Positions 27,871-42,009 of a DNA stretch of 64,000 nt are shown here, piece after piece. Source of the DNA: Eledone cirrhosa (Eukaryota); contig OZ024741.1 in NCBI GenBank assembly GCA_964016885.1, positions 364,374,001 to 364,438,000 on the forward strand, in the 5' to 3' direction. A program made the position numbers and the translations under genes. Below the pieces are notes generated by a model, which did not search any database, was not told where the DNA came from, and saw only the letters and a program-made list of their open reading frames with translations. Every line of letters starts with the position of its first letter. Position 1 is the stretch's first letter.

Positions 27871-30010
27871 TTGCACATATACCTAGGTTGGTTTTAATAT
27901 CCAGTCTGGTTCTGCTTCAAAGTAATGATGAGAAAATGTCTGTATATCAGATAACTGAATCAAAGTGCAGCCGAAGGATTACTGTTTTATATTTGATAAA
28001 ATAAACGTAACATTATTTCTTCCATAAATGTTTTTTTATTCATAATTTCTGCATAATTACTCCACTCCACTCACAATGACATTCACTCATTTAATGGAAT
28101 ATGATTTCATCTGAAGTATATTTTTGTTTGATCATTCTGATCTTTGGCTGTATTTATCAGAAATCTTGAAAGCTTCTGTTTCCTCATTTGTTACTTCATT
28201 AACTGAAGCGATCTGAATGGAACATTAGGGATAAAATGATGATTGAGATCTGTTCAGCAATATGAAGTCTGAAACATTGTCTCTTGTTCATATGAATAAC
28301 AACTAATGGAAGGAAATCATCACCACCATCATCATCATCGTCATAATCATCATACATCTAATTTTTCATGCTGGCATAGATTGGATGGGTTATTACAGAC
28401 CAAGTCAGTATTTAATTGGAGCTACTGTCCTCCTAGACAGTGATCATACCTAGCTTGCATATGTCCAAGTTTTGGCATGACCTCTACAGCTTGCTGCCTC
28501 TTTCATATTCTTTGAATTTAACCCTTTTGTTACTGTATTTCTACTTATAGACAATGCATATCATTTTTTTATAATTTTAAAAATAATCAGGAATTTACTA
28601 ATATAACTAACAATCTCATTTTTTAGCTGATGTTTGTGTACAACTTAACAAAGATTCTTTCAATAAAATTAGAAGTTTCTTTTTGATAAATATAAACATT
28701 TTAATCCTTTTAATACCTACCTACCCAAACTGCCCCTGGTTGTATGAAACAAAGCGTCCATTTTCAAGGGTTCCTATGTAAATTAAAACCTTCCAACATG
28801 AGAATCTTTTAAGTTATGCTACAAATACCATCTTAATAAAGAAATAACAATTTTCATAAATCCCTTCAAATTCTTCATTAATTAATTCAAATAAACTGTA
28901 TTTCATTATAAATATGGTAATGGAAGTGTTAAAATCCAACTTTGTTCTAAAGAACCAGGGGTGGTTTCTGGTAGTTGAGAATCAAAACAGTTAATTTGAT
29001 GAGACAGATTTTCTTGGAATCTTTGATATGAGATAATGAAGTCTTCTTCAATTACATTAAACTAGTAATTTGAAATTAACAAAGCTTGAATTTCATATAA
29101 ATATGTTTTGAATTATTTGTTGAGATGCTTAACCCCTTTTATTACCATATTTCTAATGAAAGATACTGCCTATGATTTTCAAACAATTTTGAAAATAATC
29201 AAGAATTATTTAATAATATAACAAATTTCTTATAAAACATGTATTTAGGGCATAACTTAATGGTTCTTATATAAAATCACGACGGAAAGTTTTTAGATTA
29301 ATATAAACAGTTTGAGGCTGTTTGGTATTAAGGGTTAAATTAAGATATGCCACAGTTACAGCTATTGCAAAGCATAAAAGTATTCTGTGATAAGACCAGT
29401 GTTGCATGGCTGTGTAGTTAAGCAGTTTGCTTTGGATTTACATGATTTAGAATTCTATTCCATTGTGCAGTCTCAGATTAACAAAATCCGTATCCAGGAT
29501 TACAATTTCTAATGTTTCTCTCATTTAAGATAACAACAAACATTTTAAGGTTATTTTTGTTACTAAAGGAGGGGTTAGTCTTACAGGCCCCATGACAAAA
29601 CCTCATACTCATCATAAGCTCTTTCCGAGGTAATGCTTTATGACTCTGGAAACAACTCGGGGTGAAATTTGAGGGAGATTTAACTGCTATTTTTAGCAGG
29701 TCAAATTATCCTTTAGAAGCCCCATCAATGGAATTTGGTAGATAGTAACTGTTGAATTTCTTCTTCTTTAGTGATAGACTTAATCCATTGCTCAGATTAA
29801 CACCCACTCAGTTCTTGGGTGCCTTCAGTTGCAAACATTTAGCCCAGATCTCCAATCTAAAGAACTTTGATTCTTACCTCCAGTCTTGATGGTATTTTAA
29901 CCCTTTCATTAAAGTACTTATAATGAAAGACACTATAATTTTCAAATAATTTTGACCATCATACGTTTTTAGAAGTATTTAGGAGTACATTATCTAATTT
30001 AAGAGGATAA

Positions 30011-30175
30011 GCAAAGTTAACCTCGGCGGGATTTGAACTCAGAATGGCCCTTGCCATTCTGAGTTCAAATCCTGCCGAGGTTAACTTTGCCTTTCATCCT
30101 TACGGGGTCGATAAAATAAAGTACCAGTAATGTACTGGGTAATTGCTGGCCTTGTGCCTAAAGTAGAAACAATTA
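30011..30175 (+). mobile_element. 5'-truncated Nin/Deu-type SINE with a foldback 38-bp inverted repeat
   Basis: Arms 30011-30048 and 30053-30090, loop cctt; continues as ctttcatccttacggggtcgataaaataaagtaccag. Confidence 0.85.
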
Positions 30176-30734
30176 TTTAAGAGGATAGGATATGATTTGA
30201 GGGAGATTTGGTTGATATTCCAAGAGGATTTCTCATTAGCATTTTTCTGCAGCAATAATGCCAATGTGAATGTTAGTGCTTCCTGCACAATCTTTATTGA
30301 AATTTAGAGTATCTCAGCAGTTATCTCTATCTCAATGCACCATTCTCTATCTTTATATTCTTAATTGGTTCTCATATGATTTCTGTAGAGCTTTAACCTT
30401 TCATGGCTATATTTCTAATTTGGTTGACTGCCTATCAACTTCATCATTTTTGTCCTCATTGGCGTATTTTAATGTTTGCTTTTTCATTGCTTGTATGGTT
30501 TGAAACAAGACTTTTGGAAGCATCTTTTCCATGGCTAGATGCCCTGTCTGATGCTAACCCATAACTTATTTTATTAAATATAGTATATACATATACCACT
30601 AACAATTGTCAAAACACAATGCTGCAGGATATATTGCTTATTGGGAGATATAAACAATATCACTGCAGCCATTTTAAAAGGGTTTCAATATAACATTTTG
30701 CAGTGACTGCCCACACATTAGCGCTCACTTACAT

Positions 30735-30735
<1 letters not shown>

Positions 30736-30818
<83 letters not shown>
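30736..30818. repeat. (CA)n microsatellite, ~41 units
   Basis: Uninterrupted CA run. Confidence 0.97.
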
Positions 30819-30820
<2 letters not shown>

Positions 30821-30993
30821 AAACACACACATACACAGACTCACATGTGATGGGCTTCATGACAGCTTCTCTCTTCTCGCAAGTCATTGATCAGCACTGG
30901 GCTATAGTAGAAGACACTTACCCAAAGCTTGTGTTTATGTATTTCAATAATTTCCAATATTTCTAGTAAAATATCTATAACTTTATATATTAG

Positions 30994-31480
30994 CTGTTGT
31001 TGTTCTGTAGTCCTAGGTTAACTTTGATCGAGCAGATCTATAGCATGCAGGTAGCTGGTTAAATGAATAGGTGGGCCCAGACTTGTTTTTTCATTTGTAC
31101 TTCCTAGCCAAGGACCATACCAAACACCTTAACACTGAGGGTTGAATCATATTGGAGGCAGTGTGACAAGACTATCTAGTTTATTTTGGTTATAGTGACA
31201 TTTGTTGCTTTATACTCATTGTTGTAGTTATACATGTGTGTGGCCAATGAGGCTATTGAGGTTGCAGCTATTTGTGTGTGTTGCTTGATTGGGAGAGATG
31301 ATGTTTTTAAAATGTTGCTGTAGTAGTAGTGTTTGGAGGGAATCTTTCATGTAGCAATAAGAACTTTGAATGTTGAAGTGTGCTGTGGTAACAAATTGTG
31401 CCCTTAGTATGTCCAGGTGGTCTTTCATTTTTAATATCTTTGTTTCATTGTGTAGGTGGTCTGTATACAACCTGTGCTAT
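30994..31480 (-). mobile_element. Decayed 3' end of a non-LTR retrotransposon
   Basis: The - strand reads DHLHNETKILKMKDHLDILRAQF, resembling LINE ORF2 C-termini; (CAA)n-type tail near 30994-31003. Confidence 0.5.
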
Positions 31481-33410
31481 TTAACTCTTAACATCTTGTA
31501 CTGTATTAGCAAGACATCCTTGAAAAAGTATAAAACAAAACTATGATTACATAACATTAAAAAGTAAAGTCCTTACTAATATTATGTATTCTCCCAATGA
31601 TCTGTCCACTAGCAAAAAGTAAAAAAACATTAAAATTAACAAACCCATTTTTAGAAATATTCTGCTAAATTACTACAGGATGTAGTTGTTGGAGGTCTTA
31701 ATGTATTTTGCTTCTAGACTTTCTCCATTTCTTTCTTGTGTTACAGTTAGACTTCCTTTCAGTTATTCTTGAAATCTTTATTTCACTCTCTTCCATTATT
31801 CTCACTGACTCACTCACTTCATTATTTCTTCTCGTCTTTTCTATCTATATTTCCTTTTTTCTTTCTATCAAATTTTGCTTTACCCATACTCTTCATTTCC
31901 AAGTAGCTCCTCTCTGCTTATCATACACAAATTTCTCTTTCCCTCTCTATCTTTCTCTCTAGTGATCATCCATTCCCTATATCTCTGTTATTTTATCAAG
32001 TCACCTCTCTAATCCTATCTCTTTTGTAGCACTTTATATATCTTTCCCTCCCTACACTCTTACTTGTACTCTCTCCCTTCTCTCTTTTTTTTTCCATACT
32101 TCACTACATATATAGTTATCTGGACCTGACAGCCTGTCTTAGAAGCTGGTGATTCCTTCCCTGTTAATCTTAAACCTATTTATTTATCTATCTAATCTAG
32201 AACTTAATACTTTTTCTCTCTCTCTCTTTCACTGCTCTTACCACAGCTCCATTTTGCTTGACAGAAACAGGGAAATCAACCCACATAAAAATCTTAACAT
32301 GTGACTTAGTGTTTTATGTATTTTATATTACATAGTTATGTATGATTTTTCAAATGATTTTGAAAATAATCAAGAATTTGAAGAAGTTTCATGATACAAC
32401 TAACTTACTTATTATTAGGCTGGTGTTTCAAACATAACTTAAGGATTTTACATAAAATTATAATGGAATGTTTTTCGATAAATATAAACATTTAAAAATA
32501 GTTTGTGTCTTTGAACCAGGGACAGTTTTAGGCATTAAAAAGGTTAAAATGTATCTTAAGTATTTCCTTGGCATGTATTGGGTTGGTAATATCTCAGCTG
32601 CTTATTTAGTATTCATTTTATCATTGTCAATGATATTTTTGCAGCTGTATCATTATGTCTTATCATAAAGGCTTATATTTTCCCAATATGATGCTAAGAT
32701 AAAGACCGTTTTTGTCCCGAGAATATGATGCTAAATAGTTTAACTGATAGTATTCAATGAAAGCTATTAAAAGAATGTATGACCTAGTGTTATCTTATCT
32801 ATAGAATTTTTCACAAATTGTTCAGCTCAAAACAAAATGCTGCCATTCATTGTAAATATTTTTCTAGAGATGAACAAGCTTAACCCTCTTGATACTAAAC
32901 CTGCCTGAAACTGCCCCCTTCTCCACTTTTATGATGCAAAACTTATATTTATTGTTTATAAAACTTGTTTAAAACCCTTCTATCATAATTTCATGTAACA
33001 ACCTTTGTTAATCCTTTTGATATCGAATTACTCCTAGTTCTACAATTCAAAACTGTTTGTCTTAAAAATGCTTACATTTATAAAACACTTTGCCATCATA
33101 ATTTCATGTAAGATTCTTTGTTAACCCTTTTAATACTAAATCCTCTGAAACTGTCCTTGGTTCTACAATATAAAGCTTCATTTTTTAAAGGTGTTTACAG
33201 TTATATAAACATTTTCCATAATAATTTTATGTAAGAACCTTCGTTAAGTTATGTTTTGAACACCGGCTTAATAATAAAAAAAGTTAATTGTATCACTAAA
33301 TCTCCCTAAATTTGTGATTATTTTCGAAATTAATTGAAAACCATAGGCAATGTTTTTCTATTATCTTAAAATGTTGAATATTTTTTTGTAAGAACATTTG
33401 TTAAGTCATG

Positions 33411-33834
33411 CCCCAAACTCCAGATAAATAATGAGAAAAAGTTAGTTATATTAGTGAAAGTTAGTTATATTAGTGAAATTTTAGTTATATTAGTGAAAAG
33501 TTAGTTATATTAGTGAAATTTTTGATTATTTTCAAAATTATTTGAAACACATAGACTGAGGATTTTATTAGAAATATGATAAGGAAAGAGTTAAAATATA
33601 GAATTAAGTAAAAAAATTTAATCCCCAAACTCCAGATAAATAATGAGAAAAAGTTAGTTATATTAGTGAAAGTTAGTTATATTAGTGAAATTTTAGTTAT
33701 ATTAGTGAAAAGTTAGTTATATTAGTGAAATTTTTGATTATTTTCAAAATTATTTGAAACACATAGACTGAGGATTTTATTAGAAATATGATAAGGAAAG
33801 AGTTAAAATATAGAATTAAGTAAAAAAATTTAAT
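33411..33834. repeat. Apparently perfect 212-bp tandem duplication, each copy holding four 19-20-bp subrepeats
   Basis: 33411-33622 matches 33623-33834; subunit ttagttatattagtgaaa. Confidence 0.92.
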
Positions 33835-34583
33835 CTGTTGTTTTGGAAATAAATTGATATCCCCCCTCCGCCAGTAAAACTGAAGGAAAATATAAGCTTA
33901 GCAGGTGCTTCAGTTCTTAGAATATGAAACTTTGAGTCTTGAAGACTTTGCTGTTGACTGATGTAAATAGATATCCAATTAATCTATTTTGATTTTATCC
34001 CACTGATGAGGTTTTTTTTTTCATGGTACATTATCTGATTGTGTAAAGAACATTGTCATCATCATTTAACTTTCGTTTTCCTTGCTAGAATTAGTTGGAC
34101 AGGTTGTCACAGACTTCATCAATATTCAAGCAGGAATACTAACCTCTCAGATGGGATGGGGGCTTACGTTTAGCTTACATATATTCCCGCATTCTACTGA
34201 GTGCTCGGATGAGCTGAGGGCACACATCTTGCTTACATATGGGTGAATGACTTACCCCAAAGGATAGCAAGGGAGATATGTTAAAAACCTGTCTAACTTC
34301 TGGAGCTCATTCTTGCAGATGACGATCTTCATCGTCATGGCAGTATATAGGGGAGTGGTTTGAAGACCCAGGGCACAAGATGTTTCCATCACTATGGGCT
34401 CAACTATAAAATTAATACAGAGCAATAAGTATTTTGACAGCTTGTAGTATCAGCCCATCAGGCAAGCAGCTTGGGTTTCACACTAATATTACCAGGTTGC
34501 TACTGGGGAAAGTATACCTTTCTTTGTTGTTTTGTGACAGTATTTACTAAATGTTTTACTGATTTCAAATGCTATAATTTAAT

Positions 34584-34749
34584 CATTGCCAGATTAACTA
34601 TTATGCTTAGGTGTGCTTAAACACAGGGTCCCGTTGGCCAGAGGGCCCATCTTTCTGCCCCCCCCCCCTTTTTACGATGAATTCTTAATGAGTAAGGGGC
34701 CTCATAACTTAAGTAGCACAGGACCATTTGTCCTAAATCCGGCACACTG
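34584..34749. mobile_element. Possible degenerate GC-rich MITE
   Basis: Imperfect terminal inverted repeats cattgccagattaa ... taaatccggcacactg, with internal gggcc motifs. Confidence 0.35.
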
Positions 34750-35178
34750 AATTTTAGAATGAGATTACGGGTTTGATTTCACTTCACAACATCATTGGCA
34801 TGTGTCTTTTACCACATAACCTTTTTGCTAAAAAAAAACTTTTACAACAGACCTTTGTTTATTCCTTAAAAGCACATTATGCAGGTGAAAACACTCTCCT
34901 TAACTATAATTCTTTCTAACATTACCACAAGGTCAGCAATTTTGGGGAAGAGTAAACTCGTTTATATCAACCCCAGTACTTAACTGATACTTTATTTTAT
35001 CAAGTCAAAGTTGCCTTTGGTGGGTTTTGAACTCAGAACTTAGAAATTCATAACCAACTACCACAAAGCCTTTTGTTTCATGCTCTACAGGTACTGCCAA
35101 TCTATCGCCCTCACCTTAATTATAATAATATAAAAGTGCAAATGTTTTGACACACATATTGTGCTTAGAAATCATAAC

Positions 35179-35394
35179 TTAACCCTTTAGCATTTAAACT
35201 GGCCATATCCGGCCAGGATTCTCTCACCTCTGTCTGTTCAAACCAGCTGTAACCAGCCACCCATACTGATATTAAGGTATTTTTCTCAATATAAATAATA
35301 TCAAAATCTTATAGATTCGATATTATGTGAGGTAAAGCCTTTACCATGAAAATGTAATAGATAATATAGAGTAATGTAAATGCTAAAGGGTTAG
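35179..35394 (+). mobile_element. piggyBac-type non-autonomous MITE (~210 bp)
   Basis: TTAA-CCCTTTAGCATTTA ... TAAATGCTAAAGGG-TTAG: 14-bp TIRs starting CCC, TTAA-type target. Confidence 0.8.
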
Positions 35395-35960
35395 AATTTC
35401 TCCAACTCACCACAGCAGCACCAGCTACTAATATCTAGATATCCTAGATGATTGCAAATTACACGCATTGCTGCAGTGTTTGGTTGTAGGCAGGGCTGAA
35501 TTAAAGCAACTAGTGGGCTAAAGAACATACATGTAGGCCTATACATAGGTTGATACTGAGATTCTAGAATTGATTCATGCAATCTATAAAACAGATGACA
35601 CTAAAAGAAAAAAAAAATTTATTAAATTAAATTCATAACATTTTCAATTTTGACTAAAATGTGTTTCACAGTTATATGGTTTTACTATATACTTTTACAC
35701 ACAGAGCAATGTTGAGATTCCAGCATCTATCTATCCCAACTCCCAAAAGAAAAGAAATTTATTTAATAACAATAATGATATTCTAAATTTTCAGAAAAAT
35801 GTTGCATTTCATAGCTATATTTTAATATATATTTTAATATATATTAAAAATTGGACAATAAGGTGCTGTATTGCAGTCGATTAGCCCATGTGTAAATCTA
35901 GTACTAGTCACAGGAAATCACTAGGCCTAATTAGTTATGTTGAGAATAAATAAATTGCTT

Positions 35961-36915
35961 GACTATCAGTTGTCAGACTATCAGTTGTCAGACTACCAGT
36001 TGTCAGACTACCGGTTGTCAGACTATCAGTTACCAGACTACCATTTACCGGACTACCATTTACCGGACTACCATTTACCAGACTACCAGTTACCAGACTA
36101 CCATTTACCGGACTACCATTTACCAGACTACCAGTAACCAGACTATCAGTTACCAGACTATCAGTTACCAGACTACCAGTAACCAGACTACCATTTACCA
36201 GACTACCAGTAACCAGACTATCAGTTACCAGACTATCAGTTACCAGACTACCAGTAACCAGACTACCATTTACCAGACTATCAGTTACCAGACTATCAGT
36301 TACCAGACTATCAGTTACCAGACTATCAGTTACCAGACTATCAGTTACCAGACTACCAGTTACCAGACTATCAGTTACCAGACTACCATTTACCAGACTA
36401 CCAGTAACCAGACTACCATTTACCAGACTACCATTTACCAGACTACCATTTACCAGACTACCATTTACCAGACTACCAGTTACCAGACTACCATTTACCA
36501 AACTACCAGTAACCAGACTACCAGTTACCAGACTACCAGTAACCAGACTACCAGTAACCAGACTACCAGTAACCAGACTACCATTTACCAGACTATCAGT
36601 AACCAGACTACCAGTAACCAGACTATCAGTTACCAGACTACCATTTACCAGACTACCATTTACCAGACTACCAGTAACCAGATTACCAGTTACCATACTA
36701 CCAGTTACCAGTCTACCATTTACCAGACTACCACTAACCAGACTACCAGTTACCATACTACCAGTTACCAGTCTACCATTTACCAGACTACCATTTACCA
36801 GACTGCCATTTACTAGACTACCATTTACCAGACTACCATTTACTAGACTACCATTTACCAGACTACCATTTACCAGACTACCATTTACCAGACTATCAGT
36901 TACCAGACTATCAGT
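35961..36915. repeat. 15-bp minisatellite, ~63 copies
   Basis: Unit ccagactaycakt(t/a)a; ends ~70 nt before the kinase exon at 36986. Confidence 0.96.
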
Positions 36916-36985
36916 GTTGTATCTATATTACTTGATTGAGTTTGTATGTTGATTGTTTATTCTTTTTTTCCTTTTTCAATTTTAG

Positions 36986-37071
36986 GTTGAAAGAGAAATT
37001 GCAATTATGAAGTTAATAGAACATCCTCATGTTTTGGGATTGTATGATGTATATGAAAATAAAAAATATTT
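36986..37071 (+). CDS. BRSK: BRSK/SAD-1 family Ser/Thr kinase, internal exon (86 nt)
   Basis: Polypyrimidine tract plus tttag acceptor and gtaagt donor; encodes VEREIAIMKLIEHPHVLGLYDVYENKKY(L); phase fits the next exon. Confidence 0.95.
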
Positions 37072-37924
37072 GTAAGTACATAACATTACTGTCTTTGAAA
37101 CAAAACGTGTTTTCCAATATTTTGCACCCACTTTCCAGGCTGGCATATGTTGGAGAGGTTGTCACAGTCCAAGTCAGAGATTATTTGGAGTTATTGTCTA
37201 TTTATATGAATTGAGGGACCATGTCTCACTTCTATGTTTTGGCATGGTTTTCAGGGTGTATTTTGAGGGAGATTTAGGTACTATTTTTGGCAGATTTGGT
37301 GACCACGATTTTTGCTTTGGCTTATGTGAAATTGTATTTGTATTATGTGGTTTCAATATTTTGTATCACTCTTCTACAAACCCATACAAACCACTCAGCT
37401 GAAAAAAATGAATACAAGCTGTAGCAGCAGCTGGGGATTAACCCTTGCAATGGACTCGATGCCAGTCCAGAAGGAAATCTTTTCATGATAGGGCTGGGGC
37501 CCTTACTTAAAAAAAAAAAACTCTTATGAGATGAAAACTCATAGGAGGCCAGCTACATCCACATTTGTTTGAGCTGTAACAACACTACAATTGGCCAGAT
37601 ATATATCATTTGTAGCACAATGAGAAAAACTCAATGCAAGGATAGCTATCAAAACAGCAAAATGCTGCTAATGACGGCATCAGGTAAAATCTTACCTCAA
37701 ATGAAAGGAAATGATCAGCTAGAAGTGTGTTGGTCCAGAAAAGTGATAGGTAGAGAGGAACAAAGGAAGAAAATGGAAAAATGAAAATGAATGAGACAAA
37801 ATCACACAAACACATGTTATGTCATCAGCCCTCGTAATGGAATGTAGTTTCACACGATTTAAAATGGAAGGTACTACATATAATTGCCAGCTCGTGCAAC
37901 AGAAATTAAGTATTTCTGCTCATA

Positions 37925-38260
37925 TGATGTCATCATCATCATCACCATTATACGTCCGCTTTTCCCTGCTTGCAAGGGTTGAATGGGTCCTATTCAGCAC
38001 AGCATTTCTCCACTTGTCATGGTCCTTCGTCAACTCCTCGGTGAGTTTCAGCGATCTGAGGTCTGCTCTCACCACCTCCGCCCATGAATTTTGTGGTCTA
38101 CCTCTACTGCGTCTTCCTTCTACTGGGATTTCTTGGCACTTCTTTACCCAGCGGTCATCCTCCATGCGCATCACATGTCCATACCATCTCAACCTTCTCT
38201 CCTGCACACCACAACTTATCCCTCTTATATCAAGTTTCTTTCTCAACTCGCCCATGCTTG
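37925..38260 (-). mobile_element. RTE LINE 3' end fragment
   Basis: GVQERRLRWYGHVMRMEDDRWVKKC...RSRGRPQNSW followed by a (GAT)n tail. Confidence 0.85.
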
Positions 38261-39016
38261 ACAAAACGAACAAATTAGATAGACAGATAGATATATTGGA
38301 GGGAATATCAATTTTTAACCCTTTTGTTACCATATTTCTAATGAAATACACTTCCTATGTATTTCAGTTTATTTTGAAAATAATAAAAAAAAATTAGAGG
38401 AATTTGATAAAATAACTAAAATTTTCATGAGTAAGCTGATGTTTAGAACATTACTAATAATAAGAAAGTTAATCATATTACTAAATTCCTTCAAAAGCTT
38501 GATTATTTTCAAGATTGTTTGTCTTTCACTTACAATGCAAAGCTGTTTATTTTAAAGCATTCATATTTATCTAAAAACCTTGTATAATAATTTTAAGAAC
38601 CTTTGTTAAGGTTAGTTATATTATAAAACCCGTCTAAAATCTTAATTATTTCCAAAATTATAATTGCAAATTATAGGAACTATCTTTCATTAAAAATATA
38701 TGAAAAAATTGATTAGGTATCTAAATTCATTTAAGTAAGGTTAAGTTTGAGCTAGGCATACTAATCGAGTTCACAGCACTATATGCAATATTTCCTTGAT
38801 TTTCTTTTGTTTCATCTTTAGTTCTTTGTACCAGAAATTTTATTCAATAATGGCTTGGTCAATGTATGATGATTTTCAATTTTTGTTCCTTGTATTCTCT
38901 CTTCACCTATCTTTGATTCACCTCTCATTTAAACTTTCGAACCTACTCCATTTTAATCTTTATTGATTCCTTCTTTGTTAGTTCTTCCATATATAGGAAC
39001 AATCATGGCTATGTGA

Positions 39017-39215
39017 AGGCGTGTGGCTGAGTGCTTAGAGAATTGGATTCACAATCGTGAGGTTGTGAGTTTGATTCTCGGATCGGGTGATGCATTATGT
39101 CCTTGAACAAGACACTTTATTTCATGTTGCTCCTTCTACCTGGAGTTGTGACTGATAAATAGTATTAACAATGGAAAGACGAATGGAAATATTGTTTCCT
39201 TGGTCCGATTTGACG
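39017..39215 (+). mobile_element. tRNA-derived SINE, same family as 7321-7520
   Basis: Shared head, core and tail ending ggtccgatttgacg. Confidence 0.7.
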
Positions 39216-40233
39216 CTATGCAGTTAAAGAGTTTGTTTCACAGCCACAGGGGTTTCAGGTCCTACTCTATATCTCCTTGGGAAAGCACTTTCTACTATAG
39301 TCACAGATTGCCCATTGTGTACGTGTGTGCGTGTGTGTATATCTGTGTTAACATTTATGTCTGTACCTATGTCCTGTAATTTAGCAGTTTGACAAAAGGT
39401 GATTGATAAAATAAGTAACTGGGGTTGATATGATTTACTAAATCACTTTAAGGCAATATCCCAGCCTGGCTTTAGTTTAATGAACTGAAACAAATAAAAG
39501 ATTAAAAGCATATCTATGGGCCATAAAATCGCTTGGCATGCAAATAAGGCTAATCAGATGATGTATACTTTAGAAAATATTATATATTTTCAACAGTTCA
39601 AGTGAGTGGCAGACAGAGATACAGTCTTGACAAAAGGCAATAACCCAGAAACATGTTGACTGTTTCTCTATGCCACTGCGAGAACAAACGAATGATGGTG
39701 GCCATCTAAAAAAAACATAGTATAATGAGGCTGTTTGCTTGCAAACAAATTGAAAATTATTATTATTCGATATAAAACTCATAAATGCATTTATGTAACC
39801 AGCTCTATGAGAATGAGAAACCAAACTAACTTTCAACATAAATTGAGATGAAAATGTTTGTTGTGTTACAAATACCATCAAATACCATCGTAATAAAATA
39901 ATCAATACTATTATTAAAACCATCCAAATCCTTTATTAATTAATTCAAATAGAGTGTATTTCATTCGAAATATGGTAATGAAAATGTTAAATCACTTGTT
40001 GTATTCTATAACTCATACTTGTGAAGAAATAGAAATTTCTAGTAATGTAGGTAGCAGGATATTTGTTCCTAGAAAAGTATTCTTTTAAGATTATATTTAC
40101 TGTGAAATAGTGTGGAATACACAACAATAACCAGTGTTATAAAGTGGTTTTCCCTTGTTAAATCAGGGGCGCTTTTTGTGGGTCCCATGATAAAGCAATA
40201 TACTCATCAACTGGTCCTTTTTGAGATAATATT

Positions 40234-40460
40234 TTAACCCTTTAGCATTTATATTACTCTATATTTACTATTGTATTTTCACAGAAAGGCTTTATCTCAC
40301 ATACTTATCTCATATAATATTGAATCTATGAGATTTTTATATCATTTATTTTTAGAACAATACCTTAATGTCAGTATGAGTGGCTGGTTATGGCTGGTTT
40401 GAACAGAAAGAGGTGAGAAAATCTGGCTGGATATGACCAGCTGAAATGCTAAAGGGTTAA
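40234..40460 (-). mobile_element. piggyBac-type MITE, opposite orientation to 35179
   Basis: TTAA-CCCTTTAGCATTT ... AAATGCTAAAGGG-TTAA. Confidence 0.85.
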
Positions 40461-40544
40461 AGCCAGATGCAGGGATACACTGTACTTATTCTAAACTGGA
40501 TATTTACGGAAACTCAAACACATACAATGTGTGGAATAACACAG

Positions 40545-40710
40545 TTATAAATACTGTAGAGAACTACAGATATAAATTCTGTAGAATATTACAGATATAA
40601 ATACTGTGGACTACTGTAGAATATTACAGATATAAATTCTGTGGAATATTACAGATATAAACATTGGAATCTTGTGGAATATTACAGTTTTAAATATTGT
40701 GGAATATTGT
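40545..40710. repeat. Degenerate ~21-bp tandem repeat
   Basis: Units like gaatattacagatataaattctgt. Confidence 0.7.
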
Positions 40711-40743
40711 TTCCACCACTATGGGTTGAGGTGCAGTTTAAAT

Positions 40744-40925
40744 AATTGTTTCTACTTTAGGCACAAGGCCAGCAAATGCCCAGTGCATTACTGGTACTTT
40801 ATTTTATCGACCCCGTAAGGATGAAAGGCAAAGTCAACCTCGGCGGGATTTGAACTCAGATCGTAAAGGGACGTAACTATGCTGGAAAGCAGGGCGTCCG
40901 ACCCTCTACCGATACTGCCAATCCA
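40744..40925 (-). mobile_element. Young Nin/Deu-type tRNA SINE
   Basis: Reverse complement of the 30053 / 58648 family, CpGs retained. Confidence 0.75.
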
Positions 40926-41439
40926 CAAATAATGCAGCTAGATTTTAATAGATATTGATATAACGTTTTTGGTGTTTGTGCATAATTAAGAGATGAACAG
41001 TGTTAGGATCTTTATCAGAGGTTGACATATTTAGCCACCACAACTAAAACATGTCATACATAATTATATGAGATGTTTGTAAATCATAGTTCTATTAAAA
41101 GCTTGACAACTTGCTCTTTGTTGTGAAGAACCTTTCTCTTGTTGCTTTCTTTAGTCACCATCCAGTTATCATTATCATCACCAGCACAGGTTTTGGCTGG
41201 TTTGGTATCAAAAGGATTTATATTCTATCATCAACTAATTTGTAAATTTGAGCATGTTATGTTCTTGAAATTTATATAATTTTCTACTACCTGTGGTGGT
41301 TTGCGATTTGTTTCCTAATCCATACAAATAGAAAGGAAGCTTTGCTCTTGGGTCTTGGACTATGTCTGTATCTGAATGTGTCGAAGCAGGCAAGTGTAGG
41401 TGCCATCAAGGTGCTTTTGTTGTTTGGATGAAAGCGTCC

Positions 41440-41725
41440 ATGTTTCACTTCCATATAGCAAGATTGGTTGAATTGTTACTTGGAAAGTCTGATTTTAGTG
41501 TGGTTGGAAAGATTTGAGTGTCAAACTTGATCCATCTTGTTGCAAGCTGACCATACTTGGGCCTTTCTAGTGGCAAAATTCTTCTCAGAGTCCATGATCC
41601 CGATGTCATCTCCAGAGATTTTGGTATTGAAATCCAGGATTTGGCAGTGGCAATGAACGACAGACCCATATGGAGATCAATTGTTGAGTCGCTTTCGGCT
41701 GAGGCTGCCAGATGATGATGATGTC
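41440..41725 (+). mobile_element. RTE-like LINE 3' end fragment
   Basis: PDVISRDFGIEIQDLAVAMNDRPIWRSIV..., then stop and (GAT)n tail. Confidence 0.6.
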
Positions 41726-42009
41726 TGTATGAAGATGTAAACTCATGAGCAGCTAAATTATTAAGTATCCCTCAAGTTGTTTCAGGCTATTTCTCCTGCT
41801 AAAACAAGATTTAGCCTTACAATTATGGGATCCTTTTTGAAGAAATCTTTTACAACCAGATATTCTTCCTGGCACCAACCATTTTAGATGTCTCATACTG
41901 CATGCAAGGATATGATGTATTTGTTTTAAACATGCAGATGAAGTATCTTGACATCTATTACTAACTGTATGTGAAAATCTTCTTCTCAATTTGGAGAAGT
42001 AGCAGCTCT

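Noticed and set aside
35935-36816. Overlapping ORFs of (SLVTG)n, (QTTIY)n and (PDYHL)n
   Set aside because: Result of a 15-bp unit with stop-free frames; no domain or exon signals.
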